64,000 nucleotides of DNA from Planctomycetales bacterium (GCA_037441675.1 JBBIRS010000008.1:32366-96365); one strand, 5' to 3'; numbered from the stretch's first letter, positions 30,681-43,679 are shown. The notes: generated by a model not told the origin, from the sequence alone. A program made the numbers and translations.

Positions 30681-30851
30681 TCAGCTTTAATTTTAATCCC
30701 TTAATTAAAATAATTGTATATTATATCAGATAGTTAGCAAATGTTCCGACCAGCTCGCCGAGAGGGCATCTTATTTCATACCATACTTTTCCAAAATTAA
30801 AACGGTTAAAAAAGTAAAAAAATCCAAAACATTATAAATAAAACAAAAAGA

Positions 30852-32102
30852 TTATGCGGAAACTTTCTTAACACTCGGCGTTAATCGTGCCTGCATTTGG
30901 TTTTTAATCAATTCTACTAGAAAATTAAGTCCCTTGCCCGATTTTGCGCTTACGAAAATACTATTCGGATACTTTTCGCTTAACAGGTCAATGTACTTAG
31001 TATCCTGCAAGAGATCAATCTTGTTAAAAACGATATAGATTGGAATGTCAGATAAGCCAAACTGCTGCAAAATCTTTAACACGCTTGCTATCATAAAGTC
31101 CACGTTTTCACGGGAGACGTCCGCTACTAAAAGCAATAGATCATTCTCCTCTAGCTCTTCCAGAGTTGCGCGAAATGCTGAGAATAGTTCTTCAGGTAGG
31201 TCATTAAGAAAACCGACAGTATCCTTAATGAGCCCCTTGCGCCCATCGCCAAGATAAATAATCCTTGCTGTTGGATCTAAGGTTGTGAAATATCTATCAT
31301 CCACATCTACATTGCTTTTAGTGAGAGCATTTAACAAAGAAGACTTGCCTGCGTTTGTGTAACCCACGAGTGAGACAGAGAAAATTTCCGTTTTGCTTCG
31401 CCTCTTTCGTTTCAACTTACGTACAAGAGTTGCTTTCCCAATTTTTCTTTCAAGAACCTTTATCCTACGTCTTATCTGGTCGCGGGTAAGGGAGGTGAGT
31501 TTTTCGCCCGCCCCACCTCGCGTTCCTACATCACCACCAGGAGAACTTAGCTCTTTGCCTATGCCAGTTATCCTAGACAAGGAGTACTTCAAGGTGGCAA
31601 GCTCGACTTGAAGTTTACCCTCAGCAGTTGAAGCATTCTTGGAAAATATTTCAAAGATTATGTCCGATCGGGTTAGTATCCGCGACTTCCATTCATCCTC
31701 CAAGTTGCGCTGGTGAATTGGAGAAAGACTGGCGTTCGTCGCAACGGTATTCACTCCGTAAAACTCAAGCAACTGCCGTATCTTCTTTACTTGACCTTCA
31801 CCGAAAAAGGTTCTAGGTGAGGCTTTCCGAACTCTAATCTTAATCACTCCAGTAACGCTTAAAGAGTTTGCTAAAACAAGTTCCAGAAAATCAAAATCTT
31901 CCTGTGGATTTTCTTCATATGGCGCGTATCTCACAGAGAAAACTTCAGCCTCGCTATTGGAAAGTTGAACCGAGGATGAAATATTGAGATGGCGATTTAG
32001 CCCTAACTTTAGGCGCTCTCTTCTCTCAAGGAGAACTACTAGGCATTTTCTTTCTTGCACAAGTTCCGTTATCACGATACTCTTAGTATGAATATAAGGC
32101 AA
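30852..32102 (-). CDS. hflX: GTPase HflX
   Basis: EGKLQVELA.L.Y, RGGAGE, VGYTNAGKSSL, FTTLDPT, DTVGF, NKID. Start uncertain. Confidence 0.93.
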   Translation of the reverse strand: MPYIHTKSIVITELVQERKCLVVLLERRERLKLGLNRHLNISSSVQLSNSEAEVFSVRYAPYEENPQEDFDFLELVLANSLSVTGVIKIRVRKASPRTFFGEGQVKKIRQLLEFYGVNTVATNASLSPIHQRNLEDEWKSRILTRSDIIFEIFSKNASTAEGKLQVELATLKYSLSRITGIGKELSSPGGDVGTRGGAGEKLTSLTRDQIRRRIKVLERKIGKATLVRKLKRKRRSKTEIFSVSLVGYTNAGKSSLLNALTKSNVDVDDRYFTTLDPTARIIYLGDGRKGLIKDTVGFLNDLPEELFSAFRATLEELEENDLLLLVADVSRENVDFMIASVLKILQQFGLSDIPIYIVFNKIDLLQDTKYIDLLSEKYPNSIFVSAKSGKGLNFLVELIKNQMQARLTPSVKKVSA

Positions 32103-32342
32103 TATTGTTACGAGTGCAACATAAGGATGAATTGTTACATTTCATAAAAGATTGTGTTTCTTCCAATATTTATATCTATAATTAATACCAAAGAATATTC
32201 CTATAAGGATTGAGAAATAGAAACCAATGATTAAAGAAGCAGCCTACAGAACTAGAATGTTTGCCAGAATTATAGCGAGAGTAAACGCCGGTGAGCTTAA
32301 CTTGCAAGTAGTCGTAGGTGAAAGTAAAATACGAGAATGTAG

Positions 32343-32416
32343 CGGGCTGTGGCGCAGTTGGTTAGCGCGCTAGTCTGGGGGACTAGAGGTCGCCAGTTCG
32401 AGTCTGGCCAGCCCGA
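32343..32416 (+). tRNA. tRNA-Pro (anticodon GGG)
   Basis: CGGGCTG/CAGCCCG acceptor stem, CTAGT-CTGGGGG-ACTAG anticodon arm, GTTCGAGTC T-loop. CCA not encoded. Confidence 0.95.
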
Positions 32417-32593
32417 TTTCTATCAGGCAAGAGATGTTTAATGATCATTGTTAAATTGATAAGAATTAGCTTAACTATTTCCTGAATTTAAGCTAATAGA
32501 CAAACCAATAATTGCAAGACAATCTGCTATCAAGGATTTAGTCGCAAGGAGAGCTTATGCGTTTGGTGAAGTGTTAGATGTAATGGAGAAATC

Positions 32594-33394
32594 TTATTTA
32601 TTGTTTGACCTTTCTGCTGATATAAGAAAACTAATTAGCCTATCCTGGTCTGAGATAGAAATATCTGTGAATGCGAAACCAATTTGGTAAAGCATTCTGC
32701 CTTCCTGAATTCCAAGCTTCTTAGTCCAAACAACCCTGGATGGGACAGTAAGCTCCAAAGAGATAAAAATATTCTCTTTGTCTCTAAATCCTGCCGTAAT
32801 ATGAAGGTGAACCTCGTCTCCAACCTTTAACCAGCCAAGTCTACTAAGTACTCTTATGCCTCCTCCGCCAATATCAAGAATTGGATTGGGCTCGGAGGCT
32901 TCACCAAGCTCCATATTGATAATAGTTACGGTTCCCAACACCTGAACGCGAACAAAACGTCTTCCAAATATCTGCATCCCTAAGTGGGGTCTAGTTGTAG
33001 TGAGTGAGGCGGGATTCTGGGACTTATTTATAAGTCGCGTCTCTATGCTAAAGACACCCTTAGGATCAATGATAAATAACGGAATAGTTATATACGAGGA
33101 GAGCAGGTTCCAGAGATCATCAGGGATTCGGGCAAAATTGGTGGTAAACTCCCTTTCTGAAACAAAAAACACTTTCCCGCATAAAAACGCTGGAAGATTA
33201 GAAATCCTCTTGGAAATACCAGTCGATTCATCTCCACCATTGACAGTTGGAGAAACAGATTCAGATCTTTTGCCTTCAGAAAAGTCGTTCTTACCCACAA
33301 AACCCGTCTGCAAGTAAATCCCCATGCAGTCGAGCTCTATTACCTGGTTCTTATATATCAAATCGTACACATCCGCTTGATACTTTTCTATCAT
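32594..33394 (-). CDS. PilZ domain (c-di-GMP receptor) protein
   Basis: RRFVRV (RxxxR) and DIGGGG (DxSxxG variant), plus RVVW..YQIGFAF. Confidence 0.8.
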   Translation of the reverse strand: MIEKYQADVYDLIYKNQVIELDCMGIYLQTGFVGKNDFSEGKRSESVSPTVNGGDESTGISKRISNLPAFLCGKVFFVSEREFTTNFARIPDDLWNLLSSYITIPLFIIDPKGVFSIETRLINKSQNPASLTTTRPHLGMQIFGRRFVRVQVLGTVTIINMELGEASEPNPILDIGGGGIRVLSRLGWLKVGDEVHLHITAGFRDKENIFISLELTVPSRVVWTKKLGIQEGRMLYQIGFAFTDISISDQDRLISFLISAERSNNK

Positions 33395-33424
33395 TTTGCC
33401 TTATCATTATGCTAGACTTTAGAG

Positions 33425-34684
33425 GTGTTAGCAAGCAACAGAGATACAGTGGTATCCGGTGACTATTTTCTGCAATATCAAAGACATATTAACAGTGGGC
33501 TTGCTCGCTTATTGGCATTTATGGATCTTGATTCGGTTGAAGTTGAAGCTCAAGGAGTTTACGTTTGGGATAATCGCGGGAGAAAGTTTATTGATTTTCT
33601 TGGCGGTTATGGGGTTTTCAACTTTGGCCATAGACATCCGAAGATTGTCTCAGCAGTGAAAGAGCAGTTGGATAAGATGCCACTTAGCAGTAAGATTATG
33701 CTAAATTCAAAACAAGCTGAGCTTGCGGAGATGCTCGCGAGGCTTGCACCTAAGGGCATAGAAAAATTTTTCTTTTGTAATTCAGGAACTGAAGCGGTTG
33801 AGGGTGCGCTGAAATTAGCTAGACTTGCCACTTCCAAGCGAAAGGTTCTCTACACGACGAACAGTTTTCATGGCAAGACATTAGGTTCCCTTTCCGCAAG
33901 CGGTAGAAATAGATACAGGGATCCCTTTGAACCACTTCTTTCTGACTTTGTTCCAATCCCATTCGGAGATGCGTCCGCGCTCAGCTCAGCAATAGACGAA
34001 AGTACATCCGCATTTATTGTGGAACCTATTCAAGGTGAAGGAGGGATAAGGGTTCCCGTTGAAGGTTACTTAAAAGAGGCGCGAGAAATAACTAGGAGTC
34101 ATGGCGTATTACTCATCGTGGACGAGGTTCAGACGGGACTAGGTAGGACTGGCAAGAATTTCGCGGTAGAGCATGAAGGTGTTGAACCAGATATCATTGT
34201 CCTTGGAAAGGCATTGGGTGGGGGGGTTCTGCCGCTAGCTACATTTGGGGGCACGGAAATGGTGTGGAGGAAACTTGAGGATGATCCCCTCCTACATACG
34301 AGCACCTTTGGCGGTAATCCATTGGCATGCGCCGCAGGTATTGCTGGGCTGAACGTCCTTTTAGAAGAAAATTTGGCAGAAAGGGCGGGAAGAATCGGTG
34401 AAAGCTTCATCCGTAGGCTGAGTTCACTTTGTTCAAATTATCCGAACATTATCTCTGAAGTGAGAGGGAAAGGGCTTATGGTAGGTATTGAATTTACCTC
34501 GCAGGATGCGGGGGAGCTCTTTATAGCTTGCTTGATCAAAGCAGGAATCCTAGTCGCGTTCACACTGAATTCACCTCAAGTAATACGTATGGAACCACCA
34601 TTAAACACACCTGAAGAGGTTTTTGAAGAAGTTCTTAATGCTACAGAAAATGCGCTTAAAAGTGTTTCTAGTTTTTTTCAATAG
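33425..34684 (+). CDS. Class III PLP aminotransferase (putrescine/ornithine aminotransferase-like)
   Basis: DFLGGYG, NSGTEAVE, FHGKT, EPIQGEGG, DEVQTGLGRTG, LGKALGGG, STFGGNPLA. Confidence 0.92.
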   Translation: MLASNRDTVVSGDYFLQYQRHINSGLARLLAFMDLDSVEVEAQGVYVWDNRGRKFIDFLGGYGVFNFGHRHPKIVSAVKEQLDKMPLSSKIMLNSKQAELAEMLARLAPKGIEKFFFCNSGTEAVEGALKLARLATSKRKVLYTTNSFHGKTLGSLSASGRNRYRDPFEPLLSDFVPIPFGDASALSSAIDESTSAFIVEPIQGEGGIRVPVEGYLKEAREITRSHGVLLIVDEVQTGLGRTGKNFAVEHEGVEPDIIVLGKALGGGVLPLATFGGTEMVWRKLEDDPLLHTSTFGGNPLACAAGIAGLNVLLEENLAERAGRIGESFIRRLSSLCSNYPNIISEVRGKGLMVGIEFTSQDAGELFIACLIKAGILVAFTLNSPQVIRMEPPLNTPEEVFEEVLNATENALKSVSSFFQ

Positions 34685-34704
34685 CTTGAAGGAGATAAAC
34701 ACTA

Positions 34705-35169
34705 ATGCCGAGAATTGAACTTGAGGAATTTATAGAGATAAATGCTAAAGATGCCTTCAACCTTGCGCAAAACATTGAAAGGTTTCCAGAATTTATCCCC
34801 AGTCTTAAAGAGGTGAAAATTCTTTCTAGGAACGGCAATATCGTTCTAAGCAGATGGCTTGGAGTTGCGGAGGTAGGACCAATCTCAAGGCAGATAACAT
34901 GGGAAGAAAGAGACGAATGGAATGAAGAGAGGTTGGAATGCAAATTTGAACTGATAGCCGGTGATATGAAGACTTATTATGGGCTATGGCGTTTTCTGGA
35001 AGCTGAAGGAGGAAGTCGCTTAAAACTTGAGCTTGAGTATGACATTGGAATCCCAATGCTCGGTCCATTTTTTCACAAGGTAATACATGAGAAAATGATT
35101 GAATCCTGCCAGAGTATTTTGAGGGCGGTAAAGTTATTAGCTGAGGGAAATAGTAAAACTTTGGGTTGA
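34705..35169 (+). CDS. SRPBCC/START (polyketide cyclase/Coq10-like) protein
   Basis: NIERFPEFIP..KEVKIL, W.E.DEW, GDMKTYYG.WRF. GAAGGAG RBS. Confidence 0.85.
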   Translation: MPRIELEEFIEINAKDAFNLAQNIERFPEFIPSLKEVKILSRNGNIVLSRWLGVAEVGPISRQITWEERDEWNEERLECKFELIAGDMKTYYGLWRFLEAEGGSRLKLELEYDIGIPMLGPFFHKVIHEKMIESCQSILRAVKLLAEGNSKTLG

Positions 35170-35220
35170 AAAGGCTTCATCTAGCTTTTAGATGTTTAGT
35201 ATCAACTCGTAGTGCGATGA

Positions 35221-36135
35221 TTAGGCGTTTTTCTTTTTCTGGGCGCGGGGATGAGCTCTTTCGTAGACTTCCCTTAGGTGTGCCAGGGAGACTTTGGTAT
35301 AAATGCTCGTAGTTTCAAGAAGTTTGTGACCTAGAAGAGTTTGAAGTGAGCGAAGGTCAGCCCCACCTTCTAAAAGATGAGTCGCAAAGCTGTGCCTAAG
35401 TCTATGTGGGCTAACATTTTTAGTGATACCCGCTATTAAAGCAAGTTTCTTTAGTAGAGTATTAACGTCCTGCCTGCTCATCTTTTTCCCGCTTCTCGTT
35501 ATAAAAAGATATTCGCACTGCTTCCCCTCGCCAGGCATAAGCGATTCTCTAGAATGAAGGTAATTAATGATGGCATCCTTCGCCAATCGACCAAAGATAA
35601 CTAATCTCTCCTTTCCACCCTTTCCCCTAAGCCTAATCATCCTATTATCCATGTCTAAATCATCCAATGTAACATTAATTAGTTCGCTAACTCTAAGGCC
35701 AGTGGAGTAAAGAAGCTCCACTATGGCAAAGTTCCTGTTGGAGTGCTGAGAGAGGTTTAACGCGCACCTGAGAAGTTCGTTGACTTCTTGGACGGTGAGA
35801 ACTTCTGGGAGCTTCTTTTCAACTCCTGAAAGCTCCACAAATTCAACGGGATTATCTTTTACTCTGCCCAATTCTCTCAAAAATTCAAAGAATTTTCTCA
35901 ATGAGGAAGATATTCTCTTGGCTGAACTTCTTGAAATTGATGATTTTTGTTTTGAAAGCTTTTCCGCTAAGTACTCTAGTACGTCCTCCTTTGAAATATC
36001 GCCAACATCGTTAATTTTTTTGCATGAGCAGAATTTAAGAAATGAGCACACATCTGAAAGATACGCTGAAATAGTATTTGGCGAAAGGCCTTGAAGCCTA
36101 AGTACTTTTGCGAATTCAGCAGGTAGCTTTTGCAT
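35221..36135 (-). CDS. xerD: Tyrosine recombinase XerD/XerC
   Basis: LYSTGLRVSEL, GKGGKER, SPHRLRHSFATHLLEGGADLR..LLGH..TSIY. XerC versus XerD not resolved. Confidence 0.85.
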   Translation of the reverse strand: MQKLPAEFAKVLRLQGLSPNTISAYLSDVCSFLKFCSCKKINDVGDISKEDVLEYLAEKLSKQKSSISRSSAKRISSSLRKFFEFLRELGRVKDNPVEFVELSGVEKKLPEVLTVQEVNELLRCALNLSQHSNRNFAIVELLYSTGLRVSELINVTLDDLDMDNRMIRLRGKGGKERLVIFGRLAKDAIINYLHSRESLMPGEGKQCEYLFITRSGKKMSRQDVNTLLKKLALIAGITKNVSPHRLRHSFATHLLEGGADLRSLQTLLGHKLLETTSIYTKVSLAHLREVYERAHPRAQKKKNA

Positions 36136-36259
36136 TTCTAATGAAATTCTATCACTCGGGTAAAGTTACTTTGCCTAAAACAGGTCACTCGTCTTGGGAG
36201 GCAAAATGCAAAATATGCCTAAGCAATGAATAAGGACGACAGAATGAGTGAGCGCTAAC

Positions 36260-36973
36260 TCAAGACTTGAATGCAATGTGCAAAGCTACGACACCTAAGC
36301 CAAAGTTAAAAGATTTGACTGAATTAAATCCCGCTCTTTTGAGCATAGACAGTAGCTCCTTTCTGGTGGGAAAAGTTTTCAAGCTTTCAAAAAGCCAAAG
36401 GTATTCCTTTGAGGCGCCAGCGATAATATGAGCAAGGATGGGAAGGATAAACCGAACGTATATATAACTAAAGGCTCGGATTGGCAAGGGTATCGGTCTA
36501 TTCAAATCAAGTATTGTCAACGCGCCACCCTCCTTTAGCTTTTTATAACTCTCCGCTAGAACTTTTTCCATGTCATCAACGTTTCGAAGCGTGAAACCGC
36601 AAGTTATAAGAGAAAATTCATTATCATTCAGGAATGAAAGGTCTTTGACGTCCTTGGAGTAGAGTTCATAGTTAGATTTTGTAATGTATGGGGCAAGTCT
36701 TCTCCGCGCAACTTCTAACATCTCTTCAGAAAAATCTACCCCTACGATTCTCTTAGCCTTTCCATCGGTTTTTTTAATCACAAGCTCAATGTAGTCGCCG
36801 GTTCCACAACCAAGGTCAAGGATACTCGCGCCATCTAGGCTTATCCCAGTTAGCTCAAGACTGATCGATTTCCATCTTTTATGTAATCCAAAGCTAATAA
36901 GATCGTTCATCAGGTCATAACGGGTAGCTATCTTTCCGAAAAGTTTGCGAACGTACTGAGCTTTATCCTTCAT
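36260..36973 (-). CDS. menG: Menaquinone/ubiquinone biosynthesis methyltransferase
   Basis: F..IA.RYDLMNDLISFGLH..WK, LDLGCGTGD, GFTLRNV, Y.WL.ES...FP. Confidence 0.85.
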   Translation of the reverse strand: MKDKAQYVRKLFGKIATRYDLMNDLISFGLHKRWKSISLELTGISLDGASILDLGCGTGDYIELVIKKTDGKAKRIVGVDFSEEMLEVARRRLAPYITKSNYELYSKDVKDLSFLNDNEFSLITCGFTLRNVDDMEKVLAESYKKLKEGGALTILDLNRPIPLPIRAFSYIYVRFILPILAHIIAGASKEYLWLFESLKTFPTRKELLSMLKRAGFNSVKSFNFGLGVVALHIAFKS

Positions 36974-36981
36974 ACAAGAAT

Positions 36982-38874
36982 CTAAGTCCTGAGAAAAAGT
37001 TTCTCAAATTCTGATTTAGTGAAATGTAAGATAACAGGGCGACCGTGCGGGCAAGATGTCCAATCTGTAGTTTTTAATACTTCGGAAACGAGGAGCCTTA
37101 ACTCGCGCGGGTTGAGTTTATCTCCTGCTTTAATCGCGGAGCGGCACGCAAGCGTCGCCAGCTTCTTCTTTACCGTGTTATCCCACTTCTTGCTCTTCTC
37201 AAAATGGAGCAGATCAAACAGCACATCCTTTGCCCTTGCTTCAACTTCAGAGGAAAGGATTAAACTAGGAACTTCCGTGACTAAAATAACGTCATCCGAA
37301 ATTTTCACCTTAAAGCCTAAGGTAGTTATGAACTCTAAATTTTCTACGAGCAAATCAAGTGTCGCTCTGTCAGCATTTATCTCTAAAGGAAACAGAAGCG
37401 CAGTCCTTTCAACAGCTGTAGAGGAAGCACTGGTAAGGGCAGACGAAATGCGGTCAAATATTATTCTCTCATGGGCAGAATGCTGATCTATTAGCAGGAC
37501 ACTCTCACTTGACACTATGAGTATATACGTCGCATAAAGTTGGCAAACGAAAGAATTGTTACTCGTGTCCACAAAAGATGGAACTTTTAGTTCAGGGGTA
37601 AGATTTACGATAACCGCTTCAAGATTATCAGCCTCCACTTTTGGAATAAAAGAGCCAATGTAATCATCATCCTCCTTGCTTGGTAAGGTAAATGGAACTA
37701 GTTCCCTAAATGGTTCGACCTTAGTTTCTGGAACTATCGGCTCACCCATTTCGTATAGAGGAACAGTTTTAACTCCTTCCGTTTCCGCAACTCTCCCTGA
37801 TGCATCAGAAGTTAAAATTTCCTCCTTTATTTCCCCAAGGGTATCCTGTGCCCCTTCGCCGAACACCTGGACTTTCTTTGTTCCCACCATCTCTCTCATT
37901 GTGTCCTTAACCGCAACCATTACCGCTGAGTAAACCTGCTGTTGGTGCATAAAGGCAACCTCACTCTTGGTTGGGTGTATGTTCACGTCTACTTCCTCAG
38001 GTGGAATGGTAAGCATTAGCGCAAGGGGAGGATACCTATTGGGACTCACGAACTCTTGCAGTGCATCGTCTACGGAGCGAAATAACAATCTGCTCTTTAC
38101 CGGACGCTTGTTCACGAAGAAGAACTGAAGCCTTCTCTCCTCGCTAAAGAGAGATGGAGGAGCAATGAGACCTCTCACAGCGAGAGGCGGATATTCTCTC
38201 TCAAACTTTACCAGCCTTTCAGATATACTTTTGCCAAATACTTGGGAGAGCACGCCAATCTCCAAACCTTTTCCATAACTTTCAAGTAAAGTTCTACCTT
38301 GACTAATTAACTTGAAAGCAACATTATCAAAGGCAAGAACGTAATTCTTGAGTAAGTTTGATATATGGTAAGTTTCAGTAGCTTTGCCGCGCAAAAACTT
38401 CTTTCTCACAGGAGTGTTGAAGAAAAGCTCTCTAACTTCAACGCTAGTGCCCACGTTAAGGGCGATAGGCTTAATACGTATGATATTGCCACCCTCCGCG
38501 GTAAGCTCTCCCCCGGTTTCCTCGCTAAAATGCCTACTTGTTATGGTTAGCTTGCTAATCGCGCATATTGCCGCCAGCGCCTCTCCGCGAAACCCTAGTG
38601 TAGTTTGGTGGTAAATATCTTCGCAAAGCGTAATCTTAGAAGTGTGAAAATTCTTTACCGCAAGGGCGAGCTCGTCAAAAAGAATTCCCGAGCCATTGTC
38701 AGTCACACGTATAAGGCTTTTCCCGCCGTCATCTATTTCAACTGCAATTTCATTTGCTTGAGCGTCAAGAGAGTTTTCAATAAGCTCTTTAACAACCGAC
38801 ACAGGTCGTTCAACCACTTCGCCAGCAGCGATTTTCTCAACCTCCTCTGGCGCTAATGGGTGAATAATTGGCAT
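36982..38874 (-). CDS. mutL: DNA mismatch repair endonuclease MutL
   Basis: IAAGEVVERP, GFRGEAL, DVNIHPTK, DQHSAHER, ACR, CPHGRP. Confidence 0.97.
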   Translation of the reverse strand: MPIIHPLAPEEVEKIAAGEVVERPVSVVKELIENSLDAQANEIAVEIDDGGKSLIRVTDNGSGILFDELALAVKNFHTSKITLCEDIYHQTTLGFRGEALAAICAISKLTITSRHFSEETGGELTAEGGNIIRIKPIALNVGTSVEVRELFFNTPVRKKFLRGKATETYHISNLLKNYVLAFDNVAFKLISQGRTLLESYGKGLEIGVLSQVFGKSISERLVKFEREYPPLAVRGLIAPPSLFSEERRLQFFFVNKRPVKSRLLFRSVDDALQEFVSPNRYPPLALMLTIPPEEVDVNIHPTKSEVAFMHQQQVYSAVMVAVKDTMREMVGTKKVQVFGEGAQDTLGEIKEEILTSDASGRVAETEGVKTVPLYEMGEPIVPETKVEPFRELVPFTLPSKEDDDYIGSFIPKVEADNLEAVIVNLTPELKVPSFVDTSNNSFVCQLYATYILIVSSESVLLIDQHSAHERIIFDRISSALTSASSTAVERTALLFPLEINADRATLDLLVENLEFITTLGFKVKISDDVILVTEVPSLILSSEVEARAKDVLFDLLHFEKSKKWDNTVKKKLATLACRSAIKAGDKLNPRELRLLVSEVLKTTDWTSCPHGRPVILHFTKSEFEKLFLRT

Positions 38875-38966
38875 AGAAAAACTATACCAGATGGAACATC
38901 TTAAAGAGATAGAATTCGGAAATCCAAAATTTAATCAATTGGCAATGTTAAACTGAAGAACTTTCC

Positions 38967-41051
<2,085 letters not shown>

Positions 41052-41140
41052 TCACCATTTTACTAGAACCTGATTGACTTAACAAAACTTTTCGTTTAGT
41101 ATTTGACTGGAATAAAATTTAAGCGGATTGGAGACGGGAA

Positions 41141-41572
41141 ATGGGAGCAAGAATCTTCGGCGGAATAGTTATGATGATTTTTGGTTTGTTGTTTGTGCTT
41201 TATGGGGGCAAAAATCCAGAGCTTCTTGAAAACTTGAAGTATAGCCTAGTAATTTTAGGGGATTTACTCTGGATATTTGGTGGTCTTGCGCTTTACTTTG
41301 GAACAAGCAGTAAGACGGGTAAGGCATGGGTGGGAGGCTTGTTGGTGATTGTTGCACTTCTTGCGTTTTTGTTCTTCACGGGGGATGTCCCGATTTTGAT
41401 GAAATATGGAATTCTAGTTATCTGTGTAACGACTCTGATTGGCGCTATCACACTACTTATCGGTGCAGGATTGATACCCGCCCCCGGTCAGAGTTTCCCA
41501 ATGGGTAGTCCGCAGAACATTCCTCCAAAGATGCCTGTCCCTGAGAAAAAGAAAGAGAGCGAACAACAATAA
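41141..41572 (+). CDS. Hypothetical 4-TM membrane protein
   Basis: Four hydrophobic segments and a Pro-rich tail. GGAG RBS. Confidence 0.7.
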   Translation: MGARIFGGIVMMIFGLLFVLYGGKNPELLENLKYSLVILGDLLWIFGGLALYFGTSSKTGKAWVGGLLVIVALLAFLFFTGDVPILMKYGILVICVTTLIGAITLLIGAGLIPAPGQSFPMGSPQNIPPKMPVPEKKKESEQQ

Positions 41573-41844
41573 GCCTATTTATTCATATATTTCACAGGAC
41601 TTTAATTACTAAACGCGAATCTGAAGAATTGGATTAAAGTAATACTTATTGTGCTCATCGTTCTCGCTGAAGAAAAATTTACTTAGACACCTTATTTGTA
41701 ATTTTGTGCGGGCGGGCTTTAAGCCCCGACACAGCTCTAAAGAGTTATCTTCACACCAGATTTCCTTTGAGCTTTTGAATCTGCACCACTATGTTTAGTG
41801 ATATGACCAAAACTCACACCGAGATACTTGGTAGAATCAATTAA

Positions 41845-43371
41845 ATGGAATCAAAGGAAAGAAAGAGGGAAAAGCCTTTAGGGCGTAGGAGTAATGTTGT
41901 GGAAATTCAAGTGCCAGAATCCAACGTTCCCCTTGCAGAGAGAATGAGACCTAGAACGCTTTCGGAGTTCATCGGGCAGGAGCATTTAACCAGCGAGGGA
42001 GGACTGATTAGGCGAATTATTGACAGTGGAAAAATTCCTTCTTTAATCTTCTGGGGACCACCTGGAAGCGGAAAAACCACACTTGCCTACCTTCTTGGCA
42101 CGAGCGGGAATTATGAGTTTGTGAGGCTTTCCGCGGTAACAAGCGGACTTTCTGAGGTTCGTGAAGTGATAGATTTTGCTAACCGTTCCCGGAAAATGTT
42201 TAATCGCTCTACTATCCTTTTCATTGACGAGATTCATCGCTTTAACAAGGCTCAGCAGGATGCATTTCTTCCACACGTTGAGCGGGGAACAATAATCCTT
42301 CTTGGAGCTACTACTGAAAACCCAAGTTTTGAAGTAATTTCTCCACTTCTATCCCGATGCAAGGTTCTAGTGCTTAATCGCCTAGAGGACTTTCATATAG
42401 CGAAAATAGTGAAGATGGCGCTTACGGACAAGGAGCGTGGGTTTGGAAATTTAAGAGTCGGAATTAAGGATGATGCCCTCGCGCTTTTAGCGCGCGCCGC
42501 TGACGGCGATGCAAGGTTCGCTCTGAACGCGATTGAGCTTGCGGTTGATTTGCTGGCTAAGGAAGAAAAGCATGCCGGGAAAATGGTGATTGACCTTGCT
42601 TTCATCCGAGATGTTTTCACTCGGCGCGAGCTTCTATATGACAAGACGGGTGAAGAGCATTACAACCTCATAAGCGCGCTTCACAAGAGTATCCGCGGGA
42701 GCGACCCTGACGCAGCGCTCTATTATCTGAACAGGATGCTGGAGGGCGGGGAGGACCCGAAGTTTATAGCTAGGAGGCTAGTGCGCGCTGCGAGCGAGGA
42801 CATCGGGCTTGCAGACCCGTTTGCGCTGGTGCTTGCGACGGAGACTTTCAGAACGGTGGAGCTAATCGGAATGCCAGAGTGCGATTGCGCCTTAGCGGAG
42901 CTGGTGATTTACCTCTCTGCTGCGCCTAAAAGCAATTCCGCCTATTTTGCTCAGGATTTGGCAAAAAAGGCGGTCGCGGAGTTTGGCGCTGAGCCAGTCC
43001 CCATGGCACTCAGAAATCCTGTGACCGAACTGATGAAGGAGCTCGGCTATGGCAAGGAATACAAGTATCCGCATAAAGAAATGCGGAGTGCTGAGTCGCC
43101 AGCTGACATTGAAGAAGAAGCTAGTCGGGCGGACACTTCAAAACAAGCCAATTCCACGGAGCTAGAAGCTGACATCCCAAAGGTGGAAGTTGACGCTTCT
43201 AGGGGTTCATCCGAAGACGTGCTGGGTGGTTTTATCCTTGCAAACTACCTGCCTGAAAAGCTCAAGGGCAAACGCTTCTACTACCCCAAGGATGAAGGCG
43301 CGGAGAAGAAGGTGAAGGAGCTACTTGAGCGCCGCTGGGGCAAGGGAATGCGGAGGAAGGACTCGCTCTAA
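41845..43371 (+). CDS. rarA: Replication-associated recombination protein A (RarA/MgsA)
   Basis: [59 protein letters not shown]. Confidence 0.97.
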   Translation: MESKERKREKPLGRRSNVVEIQVPESNVPLAERMRPRTLSEFIGQEHLTSEGGLIRRIIDSGKIPSLIFWGPPGSGKTTLAYLLGTSGNYEFVRLSAVTSGLSEVREVIDFANRSRKMFNRSTILFIDEIHRFNKAQQDAFLPHVERGTIILLGATTENPSFEVISPLLSRCKVLVLNRLEDFHIAKIVKMALTDKERGFGNLRVGIKDDALALLARAADGDARFALNAIELAVDLLAKEEKHAGKMVIDLAFIRDVFTRRELLYDKTGEEHYNLISALHKSIRGSDPDAALYYLNRMLEGGEDPKFIARRLVRAASEDIGLADPFALVLATETFRTVELIGMPECDCALAELVIYLSAAPKSNSAYFAQDLAKKAVAEFGAEPVPMALRNPVTELMKELGYGKEYKYPHKEMRSAESPADIEEEASRADTSKQANSTELEADIPKVEVDASRGSSEDVLGGFILANYLPEKLKGKRFYYPKDEGAEKKVKELLERRWGKGMRRKDSL

Positions 43372-43451
43372 GTTCCATCCTGAAGGAGGTATGAAGTGAT
43401 GAAGAAAGAGCGCGGATACGCTACTTTTGTTGTCATAAGAATGAATAAGTA

Positions 43452-43679
43452 ATGAACAAGAGACAGACAATCATCTAGGAAATAGAAGAGACGCCTGAAG
43501 GAGTTCTTTACAAACTCTTGGCTTTCCTTCGGATCATCAGGGAAGGACGCTCGGAGGAGAATCTAATCCCGCTTATCCTCAGCGAAAGCACGCTGGGAAA
43601 GGATTGGACAAGCCCCGAAGAGGACGTAAGGGCTCCAAATGATGAAATCAGACCGTACGACAAACGGAAAACTGCATAG
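43452..43679 (+). pseudogene. DUF2281-like antitoxin pseudogene (in-frame TAG at codon 9)
   Basis: Translates as MNKRQTII*EIEETPEGVLYKLLAFLRII...LSESTLGKDWTSPEED..., matching the IQEIE..PE..L..VLDF / SES.L.KDW..PEED pattern. Confidence 0.7.

Noticed and set aside
32228..32374. Short plus-strand ORF upstream of tRNA-Pro
   Set aside because: It runs into the tRNA, has no RBS and shows no recognisable motif.
35221..36135. Phage or ICE integrase
   Set aside because: Size and motifs are those of chromosomal XerC/D, set among housekeeping genes.
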